This document shows, one piece after another, positions 17,297 through 17,420 of a DNA stretch of 17,420 nucleotides; position 1 is the stretch's first letter, and each line of letters starts with the position of its first letter. This DNA comes from Armatimonadota bacterium. Lineage in GTDB: Bacteria; Armatimonadota; UBA5829; DTLH01. A program made the translations under genes and the position numbers. The notes below the pieces were generated by a model that was not told the DNA's origin, did not search any database, and saw only the letters and a program-made list of their open reading frames with translations. The DNA lies in NCBI GenBank assembly GCA_039680575.1, contig JBDKSP010000101.1, forward strand, positions 1-17,420, given 5' to 3'.

Positions 17297-17420
17297 TTGA
17301 GTTTTGCATATTAACTTGACGAGCATTCTTGTTTATCAAAGAGTCCAGAAGCTCTTAGAAACCCTTGTATTATGGTTTGTTTGCCTGCCAATCTATCGAC
17401 TGCTAATTCTATCTTGTGGG
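17297..17420 (-). mobile_element. Right end of a probable IS630-family insertion sequence (runs off the window)
   Basis: Transposase-like C-terminus ends at TAA 17313-17311, followed by TATGCAAAACTCAA and a TA (17296-17295), the IS630/Tc1/mariner target dinucleotide. Confidence 0.7.
17311..17418 (-). CDS. Probable IS630-family transposase, C-terminal fragment (5' partial)
   Basis: Manual translation: HKIELAVDRLAGKQTIIQGFLRASGLFDKQECSSS*. It resembles the IS630 C-terminal helix pair (lxxAvxRLxxkxxiixgflxxaGL). Only 35 aa are visible. Confidence 0.65.
   Translation of the reverse strand, partial: HKIELAVDRLAGKQTIIQGFLRASGLFDKQECSSS

Noticed and set aside
1..17420. Composite transposon carrying mutS and uvrB
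   Set aside because: The two IS ends belong to different families with unrelated termini and targets, each interrupts its own gene, and the interior is housekeeping DNA.

Overview
Mostly core bacterial chromosome, with the 3' end of a different insertion sequence at each edge. Neither IS is in the ORF track, and each appears to cut a host gene. At the left edge, an ISAs1-family end (1-159) truncates a secreted beta-helix protein. At the right edge, an IS630-like end (17297-17420) sits at a TA and removes the N-terminus of a CPBP/Abi membrane protease. Between them lie a YtrA-type GntR / ABC ATPase / two-permease operon, a TPR membrane protein, mutS, an SIS-domain / M20 peptidase / DUF3866 cluster, a membrane-anchored thioredoxin, a TIM-barrel isomerase/epimerase, uvrB and a Cys-rich DUF3795 protein. 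The best non-routine signals are: (i) the same TGGTRTA-N6-TATACCA palindrome at the same position in the gntR and beta-helix promoters; (ii) both ABC permeases carrying propeller-like C-terminal domains; (iii) a four-hairpin intergenic element with mutually exclusive pairings upstream of DUF3866; and (iv) a terminator-like hairpin plus uORF in the mutS leader. I found no CRISPR array, RNA gene or defence island. I cannot claim a clearly new system; the GntR-ABC-beta-helix module is the best candidate. All family assignments are by motif recognition, not database search. The protein style suggests Armatimonadota, but that is only an impression.
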